NCBI RefSeq assembly: GCF_006345805.1
Contig: NC_043013.1
Coordinates: forward strand, 34,782,001 to 34,846,000
Reading direction: 5' to 3'
Source of the DNA: Octopus sinensis
Lineage: Eukaryota
Length of the DNA stretch: 64,000 nucleotides
The notes under the pieces: generated by a model
What the model saw: only the letters and a program-made list of their open reading frames with translations
Database searches by the model: none
What the model was told of the DNA's origin: nothing
Shown: piece by piece, positions 12,637-25,619 of the stretch
Numbering within the stretch: the first letter of the stretch is position 1
How the letters are laid out: each line of letters opens with the position of its first letter
Made by a program: the position numbers and the translations under genes

Positions 12637-12936
12637 TGTTCTTTACATTTAACAGATATTTGTCCTCATCTTATGGTGTAGTGGTTAAGAGCGTGGGCTA
12701 CTAACCCCAAGATTCCGAGTTCGATTCCAGGCAGTGACCTGAATATTAATAATAATAATGATAATAATAATAATAACATCAAAAAATACCTTAGGGATGA
12801 GAACCCAGGTTCGAAATTTCCCCAAGACACCTGAATAAGGGTAGAGGGTATATCAGCCAAAACGTTTTAACAACAAACAAGATGAGGACAAATATCCGTC
12901 GAATGTAAATAATGTAACTAATGTAAAAAATGATAA
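12586..12936 (+). mobile_element. Family F tRNA-headed, hammerhead-carrying SINE with inverted tail copy at the 5' end; 9-bp TSD
   Basis: A box TGGTGTAGTGG (12674-12684), B box GTTCGATTC (12719-12727), (AAT)n, then a degenerate hammerhead (CTGAATA...CAAAAC, 12826-12870) and tail. 12586-12673 is the reverse complement of the family tail. AGAGGCTTG is duplicated at 12577-12585 and 12937-12945, within a family-C SINE host. Confidence 0.85.
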
Positions 12937-14219
12937 AGAGGCTTGGACAGGGGAGGCTGGTATGCAGGGGAGACTGCTGGCCTTCCATAAACATCCTTGC
13001 TCACACTGTTACTCGGAGGGAAACTTTCTAGGTGCAATTCCATGGTTATTTATGATTGAAGGGAAGCTTTGCCCTTTTATTTTGAAGATGATAGGGATAT
13101 CAAATAAGGGAGATTTAGCTGCGATTTTTAACATGCCAAGCACATAGAAAGTCTCTCATTAGTTGGTGTTGGTCATGGTGGTAATGGCAACTGCAGTGAT
13201 GTTAATAATTACAGTGGTTTTTAGTGTTTCCAGTGATGCTAGTACTGATAAGAACCATGGTACTGCCAATGCTTTGCATCTCTGGCTTTACCAAACTGCA
13301 GGTTTGATTGATAGCCTAATTAACAAAGACATCTAATTAGTTTTGTTTGCAATATCTAATTTGAAATTCCAACAGCTATCTTGTTGTTTTTTAAACTATC
13401 ACTTTACAGCTAATTTCAATTTCTGGTGAATATTTGCAGGTTTTTTTTTTTTTTTTGCTTTGTTTGTTTTTAGAATCAATTAGGAGAGTAAAGAAGTGTG
13501 TGTGTGTGTGTGTGTGTGTGTGTTAGGGTGGTAGTGGTGGTGGTGGAATATGATGATTTCAAAGTAGTGACATTTGAGGGAGAGAGAGAGAGAGATGAAG
13601 AGGGAGTAAGGGAAAAGAAGAGAGCAGTACTAAAAACAGAGTGGAACAGAAAGAGAGAGAAGGAAAGAAGGTGCTTGCAAGAGAAAGGAGTGGGATAAAA
13701 AGAGAAAAAGAAGAGGGCACAGAGGGAGTAATAAAAGAGGAAAGTGGCACATAAAATGAAAGAGAGAGCGGGGGGGATAATATAGAGAGTTAAGAAACTA
13801 AGAGAGAAAAAAAGCAGAGGGTGAAAAATGAGAGAGAAAGAAAGAAGACAATGAGAAGAGAGAGAGAGAGAGAGAAGAAAAAAAGAGGGGGAAAAACAAG
13901 TGAATAAGAAAGAGAAAATGAGAGAGGGAATGAGCAGAAAGAGAGAAGGAAAAGCAAGAAGAGAAGGTAATATATTGAAGTCATAAAAAAGAGATTGAGA
14001 TATGTGTGTGTGTGTGTATGTGTGTGTTTGTGTGTGAGGTACCTTAAACTAAACAACAAATCACTTTTAATATGACACAAAAGGTAACACTTAAAATTAA
14101 ATAAATGAAATTATTTCAGAAATAAATTAAATTTAAATCATTGTAATATGGTTTTTATTGCCAGCAGTCTTCTGCTAATTGTTTGCCAAGCAAGTCTGAC
14201 TCTAATAATAACAATCATA

Positions 14220-14760
14220 ATAATAATAATAATCCTTTCTACTCCAGCACAAGGCCTCAAATTTTGGGGGAGGGGACTAGTCGGTGACATCAACCCCAGA
14301 GTCTCACTGGTACTTAATTTCTCGATCCCAAAAGGATGAAAGGCAAAGTCGACCTCGGTGGAATCTGAACTCAGAACGTAGTGATGGGCAAAATACTGCT
14401 AAGCATTTTGCCCTGCATGCTAATGATTCTGCCAGCTTGCCACCTTAATAATAATAAAAATAATAATAACAATGATAATAATAATAATCCTTTCTACTAA
14501 AGGCACAAGGCCTGAAATTTGGGTGGGAGTAGGGGACTAGTCGAATACTTCAACCCCAGTGTTTCACTGGTGCTTAATTTATCATCCCCCAAAAGGATGA
14601 GAGGCAAACTTGACCTTGGCGGAATTTGAACTATGCTGCTAAGCATTTCGCCCAGTGTGCTAATGATTCTCCTAGCTTGCTGCCTCATAATTCTTTCTTC
14701 TAAAGGCACAAGGCCTGAAATTTGAGGGAAAGGGGGACTAGTCGATTACATTGAACGCAT
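14220..14760 (-). repeat. Three family D SINE copies on minus with (AAT)n linkers
   Basis: Repeated AATCCTTTCTACT...GGCACAAGGCC...AAATT blocks at 14231, 14486 and 14695. Confidence 0.8.
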
Positions 14761-14932
14761 TCTCTCCACCCCACTAATTTTATCGAAGGGAATGGTAATG
14801 GCCAATACAGCTTGGAACCAGTGACATCACAACTCATTTCTACAGCTGAGTGAACTAGAGCAACGTGAAATAAAGTGTCTTGCTCAAGAATACAGCACAC
14901 AGACTGGTCTGGGAATTGAACTCACTACCCAA

Positions 14933-14978
14933 GACACCTGATGAAGGCTGGATGGTATATCAGTCGAAACGTTGTGTT
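14933..14978 (+). ncRNA. Minimal type-I hammerhead ribozyme motif with intact core, in a 5'-truncated family F copy (about 14929-15038)
   Basis: GACAC-CUGAUGA-A-GGCUG-gaugguauau-CAGUC-GAAA-CG-UU-GUGUU. Helix I is GACAC/GUGUU, helix II is GGCUG/CAGUC (one G-U), helix III is the palindrome ACGU. Predicted cleavage after U14973. Confidence 0.75.
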
Positions 14979-16102
14979 AACAACAAACAAGATGAGGACA
15001 AATATCCGTCGAATGTAAATAATGTAACTAATGTATAAAGACAGCAATTTTAGCAATTGACAAGTACTTTATTGATTCCAGAAAGATATATCTGACTTAG
15101 GCAAGATTTGAACTGCCAAACTATTAGTGGAATAATAATTTGCTTAGATGCAGGCATTGCTGTGTGGTAAGAAGATGCCTCCCAATCACATGGCTCTGGG
15201 TTCAATCCTACTGTGTGGTACTTTGAGCAAGTGTCTTCAATTATAGCCTCAGGGAGACTAAAATCCTTGTGAGTGGATTTGGTAGACAAAAACTGAAATC
15301 CCATCATGTATGTCATCAACGTCATCATTTAACGTCCATTGTCCAGCTGGCATGGGTTGGATGGTTTGACAAGAGCTGGTAAACTGAGAAGCTGCACCAA
15401 GTTCCAGTCTGATTTGGCATGGTTTCTACAGTTGGATGCTCTTCCTGATGCCAACCACTCCAAGAGTGTAATGTGTGCCACCAGTATGCCACCAGCATGG
15501 GTGCCAGTTGTGTGACATCAGTATCTGCCATAACTACACTTTCACTTCTCTTGAATCTTCTCAACCACAGAATATTGCCAAATATCTCTGTCATTTGTTA
15601 TTGCCTCCAAGAGGCCCATACATAAAACGATGAGTATATAGGGATAAACTATCCCAGTAGGTACTGTAAGAGCTCTCAGGTATGTTCCAGGTTCTGGCTA
15701 ACCACATCATGTAGTAAAAAGTATCAGAGATCACTAAGGGTGAGCAATCCCACTGTAATTCTTCTGATGAGTAAATCTGAGTTATATCATTATCTCTTTT
15801 ACTTGTCTGATACTTTATAAACCCCTTCAGGGTTGATGACGTACCAGCCAAGTAAATGAGTTGGTGACATTGGCTAACCCCTACTCAATATTTGTGCCTA
15901 TCTTTTTTTAGTCACTCTGCTGGTTCTATCAAGTTAATAATCACTTCAGTACAGATCTCCAAACACAATTTTGGGAATAGAATTTGGAGAGTACAACCGC
16001 CACACTCTCTGATCAGTATATATTTTATGGAATATAGAAGAAAGAAAAATAAACTCATTCTTACAGGAAATTAATTCAGAATGCAAAGATTTATGACTAA
16101 TA

Positions 16103-16510
16103 GGTGCAGGAGTAGCTGTGTTGTAAGTAGCTTGCTTACCAATTACATGGTTCCAGGTTCAGTCCCACTGTGTGGCACCTTGGGCAAGTGTCTTCTACTA
16201 TTGCCTCGGGCCGACCAAAGCCTTGTGAGTGGATTTGGTAGACGGAAACTGAAAGAAGCCCGTCATATATATGTATATATATATATATATATGTGTGTGT
16301 ATATGTTTGTGTGTCTGTGTTTGTCCCCCCAACATCGCTTGACAACCGATGTTGGTGTGTTTACATCCCTGTAACTTAGCAGTTTGGCAAAAGAGACCGA
16401 TAGAATAAGTGCTAGGCTTACAAAGAATAAGCTCTAGGATTGATTGCTTGACTAAAGGCAGTGCTCCAGCATGGCCACAGTCAAATAACTGAAACGAGGA
16501 AAAGAGTAAA
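16103..16510 (+). mobile_element. Family A SINE, near full length
   Basis: Head GGTGCAGGAGTAGCTGTGTTG, B box GGTTCAGTCCC, GCACCTTGGGCAAGTGTC segment, internal (TA)n, tail. Confidence 0.88.
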
Positions 16511-17369
16511 TACTACCAAACCTTTTGGCCAATACTCTACTGATTTCATCACTTAAACAATTCATTATTTCTCATATCAAATGAAGGTGAGAAATTCAGA
16601 GGTGAAGAAGAGTAAAGGACGGTCAACGTTAACTTCACTTAGCCAATACTTATTCTATTGATGCTCTCTTCTCTGTTATTGTTGAGGTGAAATGTGAAGT
16701 ATGATATTTTTCTGACACTTCAAGAATTCTATTACCTGCATATTTTAAAGAAACTGATAGCTGTGTTAAAATTGTTTCAGCAAGACAGTAGAAAGATGTT
16801 TTCAAGACAGCTTTCAAAGATTGTGTAGTCAGTAGAATTTTCTGTAAATATATTTCTAGTATTAATGAATAAAGGGAGAATTTAAATTCAGGACAAATGG
16901 ATGTTACTAAATACAAGGCATGTTGTTCATTCATAAAGGGTTCAGTCTAAAATGGTAGACTTTTCATCATCCGTACAGCAAAGCAATTTTTTCCTGCATA
17001 CCATATGAGAGAACTAAAAGAGGTAATGTCAGTAAGGACCAGTGCCTGTAAGAAGTTGGGGTTCAGCTGGTACTTCAGAATTTTTGGAGAGCCAAGGAGT
17101 GGGTTGCTAGTATCTGAAAGGTTCCACTCTAAAAACTAATAAATAAATGAAATAACCTCATTGAATTTTGAAATCCTTTGCCCCATTCCTTACCTCAGGA
17201 ACCTGAATACACTGCATTTTGTTTTGCCTTGCAACCACATACTTCCAAACGTTTGAGTGCCTGGGGTCCTTTGACATAACCACTGCCTCAAATGCAATTG
17301 TCTCTGTGTTACAGTAGCTGTTAAGAGGACACTTGCTATTGTCTCCGCATGAGGATCCTCTGCCTCAGG

Positions 17370-17778
17370 TAGTGTTTGTCAACCTTTTTACTCTTGTATA
17401 ACCCTTTAAATAAGTTACATGTCTCAAGGAACCCCTACACAAAAAAAGATTATATACTGTATGTTTCTCATATTTTTTAGCATCATAGTTCATGTGGTAA
17501 ATATCATATATATATATATATAAATTCTCATATATTCCATCTTCTTTCATTCATTTGCGATATATATATATATGGTTGTTATATTTTTTGATAACATAAT
17601 AGGTTAGATAGGATGATATCTATATTACAATATTTCAATAACCAATAATATGTTGTGCATGTATAGTAACATTACATTCATGAAATTAGCATTAGCTTAT
17701 CTCACTCTTTCTTGCAGAACCCCTAGGAACCTATTGCAGAACCCTAGGGTTCAAGGGTACCCCAGTTGAGAAACGCTG
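17370..17778. mobile_element. hAT (Charlie-like) non-autonomous element with 8-bp TSD
   Basis: TIRs TAGTGTTTGTCAAC / GTTGAGAAACGCTG; flanks GCCTCAGG and GTCTCAGG (7/8 identical). Confidence 0.7.
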
Positions 17779-17844
17779 GTCTCAGGTGTGGACCTATCTA
17801 CTTATATTTTATTCATGCTTGGTGCACATCTAAAAGAAACTTTT

Positions 17845-18420
17845 CAAATACGTCTATAACAAATTTTACAGAACCAATTCATACAATAAATGTTTTTATA
17901 CATTAAGCTGAAGATCTTATCCGCACTAGTTTTAACCCTTAGGGAAAAAGGGCATGTGAACCACAATACTTCCCAGTAGCATCTCTTCATGAAGATTAAA
18001 GTTGGGTGTGTAACTAACCCTATCCTTAAAACAACTGGCAACCAAATCTTCGTCATTGTAGAGGGCAGCAGAATCAAAAATCTCTTTACATGAAAACAGG
18101 CTGGAGATTCTTCTGTTGACCCCATCATAAGGTTCCTGGACACTATGGCCGGATGACAGGAGGCTGTGTTGGTGTATATCAGCTTTTCATCTGGCTTCGA
18201 AAAAGGGCTCATAGGCACTAAATTTCAAGTTCAAGGTCACATCAAGGAAATCAACTCTGAAGGTGGGGTTCTAGTGTGAGTTTGGGGCCAAGAAAATTCA
18301 TGGTGCAGGTAAGGACCTTTATAAGCTTATCAAGTGTGTGGTCATTCGGCCCCATCATGTTACTAAACCATTGTCTCTGTAGAGTCCAAACTAGTTGATG
18401 TGAATTTCTTACTAATTAAA
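17845..18420 (-). mobile_element. Penelope-like element reverse transcriptase relic (frameshifted)
   Basis: Minus translation gives FGLYRDNGL (18390-18364; cf. GLYRDDGL active site) and RVDFLDVTLNL..YEPF. After a frameshift it continues SKPDEKLIYTNTASCHP and EVLWFTCPFSLRVKT..KIFSLMYK (cf. IIWFNPPFS.NVKTNIGK.FL.LIDKHF of PLE RT thumb). Confidence 0.8.
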
Positions 18421-20056
18421 TCCAGTGTGATAAAACAAAAAAACCAATAAGGTCATACACATCACCATTGTCAAATTATATACTTTTTTTGTTCTTTTTA
18501 CTATTATTTCTAACTAGGCTGAATTGTTGTTCTTGTTTATTCTCCAGCCAGTACTATTATTAAAGGTAGTCCATCCATGCCTGCCCTGCCTTTTTTTTAT
18601 ATATATTATATCTCCGATTATATTATCAATAGGCTCTCTTTTCTATGACACTTGGACACTGGGTTGATACTGCTCTCTTACTTCCTAGCTCAGTCAGCAT
18701 GAGGGTTTATAAAGTTCCCTTCTCAAGTCAAGCTGACTCATAAGGTCCAGTTTTCTGGTCTCCATGGCAATGTATATTCTCCACTTGGACAGGACACAGG
18801 CCTGTCGCAGGATAACTCATCTTTACCACCTGGGTTGGCTTGAGCAACATGAAATGAAGTGTTTTGCTCAAGAACACAACACATTGCCCGGTCCAGGAAC
18901 TGAAACCACAATCTTACAATCATGAGTCCAACACCCTAACCACTAAGCCACGCACCTTCACATAGGGGTTTATGACATCAAACTTCTTGGTTCATTCTCA
19001 ATGACTTCTTAACAGCTTAGAGTACCCCTAATTCCAAACACGTTCCATTTTAATCATTGGAATAAAGTATGATTGGATAGAAATGTAGCTGCTATTTTTA
19101 GCATGTCATTTGATCATGTTTAGGTTCTCCTAGCTGGGTTTTGCTGGAAAGAGAAGCATATCAAGAACTTTCCAGAAATATTTCTAACAAAAATGTTTAA
19201 AATACAAACACAAAGGAATAATAAAAATTAAAAAAAAAAAAAACAAATAAGAAAAATATGAAAAATATAATAAAACTTTATAGTGAAGTGCAAAATGAAC
19301 CTAAAACAAATACAAAAGTGAAACAGGAAAAAAATAAAACAATACAAAGCAAGAATTAGTAATAATTAATAACGTTATGAATTTAGAGACGTTTATGACA
19401 TAATTATTGCTTTTGGAATAATTAAATCACTATTATTAGTGTTGTTTTAGATGTGGTAGTGATGGTGATGCTGGTGCTGGTAGAGATGGTGATGACGATG
19501 ATGATGATGATGGTAATGCAGATGGAGGTAGTGATGGTAGTTATGGTGGTGGTGATGGTAGTAATGGTGGCAGTAGTGATAGTAGTTATAGTGGTGTTGG
19601 TGTTGGTGGTGTTTGTTTGTTTGTTTGTTTGTTTTTTTTTCTCTCTTTTAATGAATTAATTTCAAAATTTTCCTTGATTGTCATCTCTGTAAAAATATTT
19701 GTTTATCTGCTAATTATGTGCATGTTATGTTAGTGTTTTAGAAGAGCAGAGGGTGATAGGTGAGAGATGTAAAAGAGAAGAGAAAAAGACAGGAGATAGG
19801 TGAGAGAAAGAAAGAGGAAGAGAAAGAGAGTGAGAGAGAAACAGAGATGTGGTAGAAATTACCTGAGAGAGAGAGAGAGAGAGAGTAAGAGATGTGAAAG
19901 TAAAAGACTGATAGAGCGAAAATTAATAAAAAGGAAAGAAAGAGAGAAAACGAAAGATAGGGAAATATAAAGGGAGAAAGTTATGTGAAAATGAGAGATA
20001 GTTTGATGGAGAGAAAATGGAAATTAGATAGGATGATAGACGTAAAGACAGACAGC

Positions 20057-20128
<72 letters not shown>

Positions 20129-20273
20129 TATGCGCATTGGAATGACAGGATATAAAGAAAGATGTATAGAGATAAAATAGACAAAGGAAAACAACTGAAA
20201 GAGAGCATAAGACTGAAAAAGAGAGAAGGTAAAGGAAGAGATAGAAAGACCAAGATATGTATAAATATATATT

Positions 20274-20335
<62 letters not shown>

Positions 20336-21808
20336 AGGTAGAGAGCCTGTCTTTTTCTTTGAGAGAGATGATAGAGATACAAAGATATATACAAATATAG
20401 ATAGACGGATACCGTGAGAGAGAAGGACAAGAAAAGCTAGAAAGAGGGAAGATTCTACAGAATTTCCAAAATTAATGAAAAATTTTGTGTTTCGGTAGGG
20501 ATAAAAAAATTAAGAAAGTTAAACCAATTATTTGAGAATTTGAGATTTATTTTATAGCCAACAGCTGAGAAAAAGAATATAATGAAGGAATAAAAGAACG
20601 ATGGAAGAAAAAGAGGAAGGAATAGATGGATATTGTAGTAAAAATAAATAAATAAATTTATAAAGGAAGAATTTTTTTTTTATGACAGCAATATGAAATG
20701 TGATTCTTTGTATTCTCTTAATTACTGACTTCATACACAGGATGAAGTCTTTAAGTTCATATAAAGTTGCAAATGAGAATGTGAAATCTTCATGCCATTC
20801 TTCGGTGTATTTAGTAATGTTAAAGCGAAAACACTATGATCAGAGACTGTGTGAAACAATGATGGGAATTGCTAAATTATGCACCAGATCACACATTCTA
20901 ATTATTTCAATTCCATTCATTGCCCGGATTTATCTAAAGGAAATGGCTTTGATATCTGAGCAATGTTACAACCACTGCAAGAGATTGTAACAGAGTACCA
21001 ATTCCACCTAAGTGGCCACATTCTCCATCTTGCTCAGTGGTTTTTCAACTGAGGGCCATATGACCCAGTGGGGTCCACAAATCATTTTTTTAGGGTCTAC
21101 GCAAGTGAAAAATGAATGTAAATTTCAGAGCCATTGTAGTAAATTAAGGGTTCATGAAAAAGATTCGCTTTAGATGTATTTATTGCAAGAAACAGCTTGG
21201 CTTCTTTCTCAAACATTTTACAACCTACACAAGGAATTTTGGCATCCACTCACAAGGCTTTGGTCGGCCCGAGGCTATAGTAGAAGACACTTACCCAAGT
21301 TACCCTGCAGTAGGACTGAACCCAGAACCATGTGGTTTGTAAGCAAGCTACTTACCACACAACCACTCCTATGTCTTCTGCACATTTTCTGTGAACCAAA
21401 CTCAGCGCAAAAGATCAACACAAAGCTATATAATCCAAAGGAGACTTATCCAAAGAAAACACAACACTGTAGGGTTGACCCAAGTGGCTGGAAAATGAAC
21501 TTCTTGACCATTCTGCCATATATTGCTGACCTTTCTAGCAAGTAACATAATCTGAGAACATGCTGAAACTAAATTGAACAAACTGTGAAAAAGCATTTCT
21601 AGCCATGTAATATAACCCACGAATACATTAAAGATAATTTAGATTTAATTAAGTGTCAGAATAATTGTTGCACTAATGATTTCAGAAAACAGTGAAAGAA
21701 TTCATTACCATAGTGCAATGGTTTATTTCAATTCAATAGTGCCTGCAGCTCAGGAATTTTCCTGATATGTAGTCTGTTCCTCAAAATGATCTTTGGCAAA
21801 TTCCAGAC

Positions 21809-22012
21809 CACTGGTTCCCAGCCAATTTTTATCTATGGACCCTTTTGCTTACTACTTTATTCTGGTGGAACCCCATAAACATTCAATGTTTAAAAAATTA
21901 TTTTATAGGTACTTCTTTCAAAATTTCTCCTTTGCTGCTCACACATTAATTTGTGTTGGTTGAACTATGTAAAATGTCAGAGAAAAAAATTTAACTGTTC
22001 TTTGCAATAAAT

Positions 22013-22079
<67 letters not shown>

Positions 22080-22213
22080 TGGTCGGTCACGGTGATCACG
22101 GTGATATATATATATATATATATATATATGCAATTTCTATTTTGCTTGTTTGGACCCCAAAAAGTCTTATATGGACCTTCAGAGGTCATATAGACACTGG
22201 GTGAGAACCACTG
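21809..22213. mobile_element. hAT (Charlie-like) non-autonomous element
   Basis: TIRs CACTGGTTCCCAGCC / GGGTGAGAACCACTG; flanks TTCCAGAC and CTCCAGAA (6/8; NTCYAGAN-like). Confidence 0.6.
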
Positions 22214-22315
22214 CTCCAGAATGACCCAATTACATGCATATATATAAATACATATATATATATATACATATTTATATATATATATATAACTATATATATA
22301 CATATATATATACAT

Positions 22316-22349
<34 letters not shown>

Positions 22350-22555
22350 GTTAATCCAAACATGAAAACAAAGAGAAAACACAACAACGCGAGGATGTGA
22401 AACAAGTATAATGTTGTTAGACACACAGGAAAAGAAAGAAAGAAGGAGGATTTAACGTTTCGAGTGGAGCTCTTTGTCAGGAGCATAGGAAAAGGAAAGA
22501 TCCAAGGAAGGGAAGATGGAGGAAAAATATCGTCAACGATACACACGCAGTCACA
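22350..22555 (-). mobile_element. Family G element copy with degenerate hammerhead (22450-22484)
   Basis: Colinear with 27431-27632. The core reads CUGACAA (G8 to A) and helix II has an A-C mismatch. It directly follows (TA)n. Confidence 0.65.
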
Positions 22556-23743
22556 TGAGGGTAGAAATCGATATCAATCGATTAACATCAATATTAATCA
22601 ATATTAATAATGAAATCATAATACATTGGTAATCGTTTTATTTTGTAAATTTTCTTTTGCCTTGCTTATTTTTTACATTTTGGCGTTTGGTTGGTCTGAG
22701 GCTATAGTAGAAGACACTTACCTAACGTGCCATGCAGTGGAACTGAACCCGAAACCATGTGGTTGGTAAGCAAGCTTCTTGCCACGCAACTACTCCTGTG
22801 CCTACAAACACACACACACACTTATGTATGTATATATATATATATATAACATACATACACACTCACACACACATGTATATAATTATGTATTCTATGTGTA
22901 TATGTGCATCTATGCATATAATCATATAAATAGTAAAAAAAAATTTTTTTAAATACGAGTCACATTCCAATTCCCAGATGAGGTTATTTTAAATATTGTC
23001 CCGAAAGGTTAATGAGGTCATACACCTTCACAGAAGCATCAGCACCACAGCAGTAACCTGCATCAATTTACCTACCCTACTAACAGCACAACCACCGCAA
23101 TACCCGCCAACACACTCACCACAAAGAACATACCACCACCATCAACACCACCACCACCACCACCACCACTACCATCACTTCAATCATTACCACTACCACT
23201 GACACAATAAGCCCCAACACTAACTCCAACATAATAATAAAAAAAAGCATTTTGAAGAATTTTTCTAAACATGTGTAAAAATTTTTAAAGTATTGTTCTT
23301 GGACAGACAGAAATTGATTGGATTAACAACTAAGGTTAGAAGGAGAACAGAATAACTTGCCTAAGGCTTTATCAAGAAAGGAAAACATCAATACATAAGG
23401 GACATAACCTAGATTATATGGCATCTTTACTATGTGGTCTTTTTCCTTTTGTGCGTACGCGTGGAAGTATTCGTAAGTATGCATACGCATGTAGATGTAT
23501 GTGCGTATGAAAGTGTGTAAATATACGTATGTAAATACATATGCGTGCACATGCTCTCACACACACATACATGTATGTATCTATATATCAGTGTGTTATT
23601 AATTCTTTCATTCTAAGAATATATATACAGGTTAAGAGTTCAGAATTTGGTTATATTTGTTGAGGGGGTTATTGTTGTCCATTTTCATTCCATACATTTT
23701 TATCTGTTTTCTTTAAGCACACACACAAATATATATATATAAT

Positions 23744-23775
<32 letters not shown>

Positions 23776-24178
23776 ATATAATATATATAAATATATATAT
23801 ATTAAATATATATATATATATATATATTATATATCATATATTATATATATATATATATACGCACACATACACACACATGATAAATACATGCACATATGCA
23901 ATGCGTACACGGTTTCTACATTTATAGCTTGCTGTAATTTTTGTTCCAAAAGTTCTGCTGAATTAACTTTTCCAACAAAGAGAGAGAAATATTATATATT
24001 ATTAATATGTGTGAATGTGAATATACGTAAAACGGAATTGAATTACTACAAATTTATATAAATATGTGTTCAGAAATAATCGCATATGAAAATAATTATG
24101 AAGATGAGCATTTTCTTTAAGAAGTAAATAGTCTTCCACACAAACACATAATACATATTTATAATATATATATATATA

Positions 24179-24213
<35 letters not shown>

Positions 24214-24689
24214 TTGTGTGTCTGTGTGTATGTATGTATGTATATATGTGGTATATATATATATAATATATATAGGGTGTGTGTGTGTATATATATATTA
24301 TATATAATATATATATGTATGTATGTATATATATGTATGTATAAATGATGATGATGATATGCATATATATAAACACATACAAATACATTTTTTTATACAC
24401 ACATCATCTTCATCATCATCATCATTATCATCATTTAATTTCCACTTTTCCATGTCTGCAAGAGTCGGACTGAATTTGTTGAGGTAGATTTTCTATAACT
24501 GGATGCCTTTCCTGTTGCCAGCCCTCACCTGTTTCCAAACAAAATATATTTTCGTAGAGTTAGATGTGCTTTTTATAAAAGATTCTGAACAACTGGCCTA
24601 ACTTATATGATAATGATTTTCACTTACAGCCTTCCCAAGATGTCTAGACAAAGGTGCACACTACTACACATGTTTCTAGAGAAATGAAA

Positions 24690-25480
24690 CCCTAAATGTC
24701 CAGACATTCCAATCATAGTTTGACCTGTTTTGCTCAATATGGACAACCAAGTCCTGTCAATATTGACCTCCTGAAAGCCATAGTTGAATAGAAGCTAGTG
24801 CAAACTGCACAAGAATTAGTAGAACAATATGAGTTACACTACCACCCTAAAACACCTTCATGAACAAAGAAAAGTGTCTAAACTTCGTTACCAGGTTACC
24901 TCATTATCTGATTGTTTCTCGGCTTGCCATTGAAATGTAGACTTGCTATTAAACCTTTTCTGGGTAGATACACCAGAAGCAGGAATAAGTGGGCTCTCTA
25001 AAATCATTTGCAATGAAAGGATAATCTGCTTACAAACCAGAACTACACCTGAAATGACTTATGTTCTATATTTGCTGAGATATGAAGAATGATGACTATA
25101 ATGAAATATTAGACCAAAATGAAATGAAACAAAATGCAGAGAAATATTACCATCAGTCGGAAGCATTGCACAAAATTTTTTAGGTAAAGCATTCATCATT
25201 AGTCCAACATAAAGGTATGTTATTTTTACACAATAATGCAAGACCACATATTGACCAGGTCAGTCACGAAATGAATACAGCACTAAATATGGAAGTTTTT
25301 GCATCGACTGCCTTACTCTCCTGTTTAATTTGACTATTATCTTTTTAGATTGATGCGACATTATTTAGAAGGAAAACTGTTTCTTAATTGTCGAGAGGTT
25401 AAAAATGATATAGGGTAATTTTGCTTCAAAACCTGAAAAATTTTTGCATGCAATATTGATGGGATTATGATATTCAATAA
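24690..25480 (+). mobile_element. Older, heavily decayed mariner transposase relic
   Basis: Fragments LKAIVE, GNKW (cf. DEKW), KGMLFLHNNARPHI (25211-25252) and PYSP..DYYLFRLMRHYLEGK, read across many frameshifts. Confidence 0.75.
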
Positions 25481-25560
25481 CGAGGAAATATTGTCTTGAT
25501 TAAATATATCAATTAGAACCCTTGAATTGTAACAAGACTTGCTTTCCAGCCTCATATATC

Positions 25561-25619
<59 letters not shown>

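Noticed and set aside
12674-12730. tRNA-like sequences here and at 28590, 30047, 60979 and 7500 as tRNA genes
   Set aside because: There are no complete cloverleafs or acceptor stems, and each runs into a SINE body, so they are SINE heads.
15764-15785. CTGATGAG motif
   Set aside because: There is no helix II or GAAA downstream.
17002-17128. Minus-strand candidate exon (WNLSDTSNPLLGSPKILKYQLNPNFLQALVLTDITSFSSLIW)
   Set aside because: Splice sites are only moderate, no protein family is recognised, and there is no partner exon.
20700-20990. 96-aa non-repetitive ORF with an upstream CAG acceptor
   Set aside because: There is no recognisable domain, the start is TTG/ATG-ambiguous, and the length is within chance expectation.
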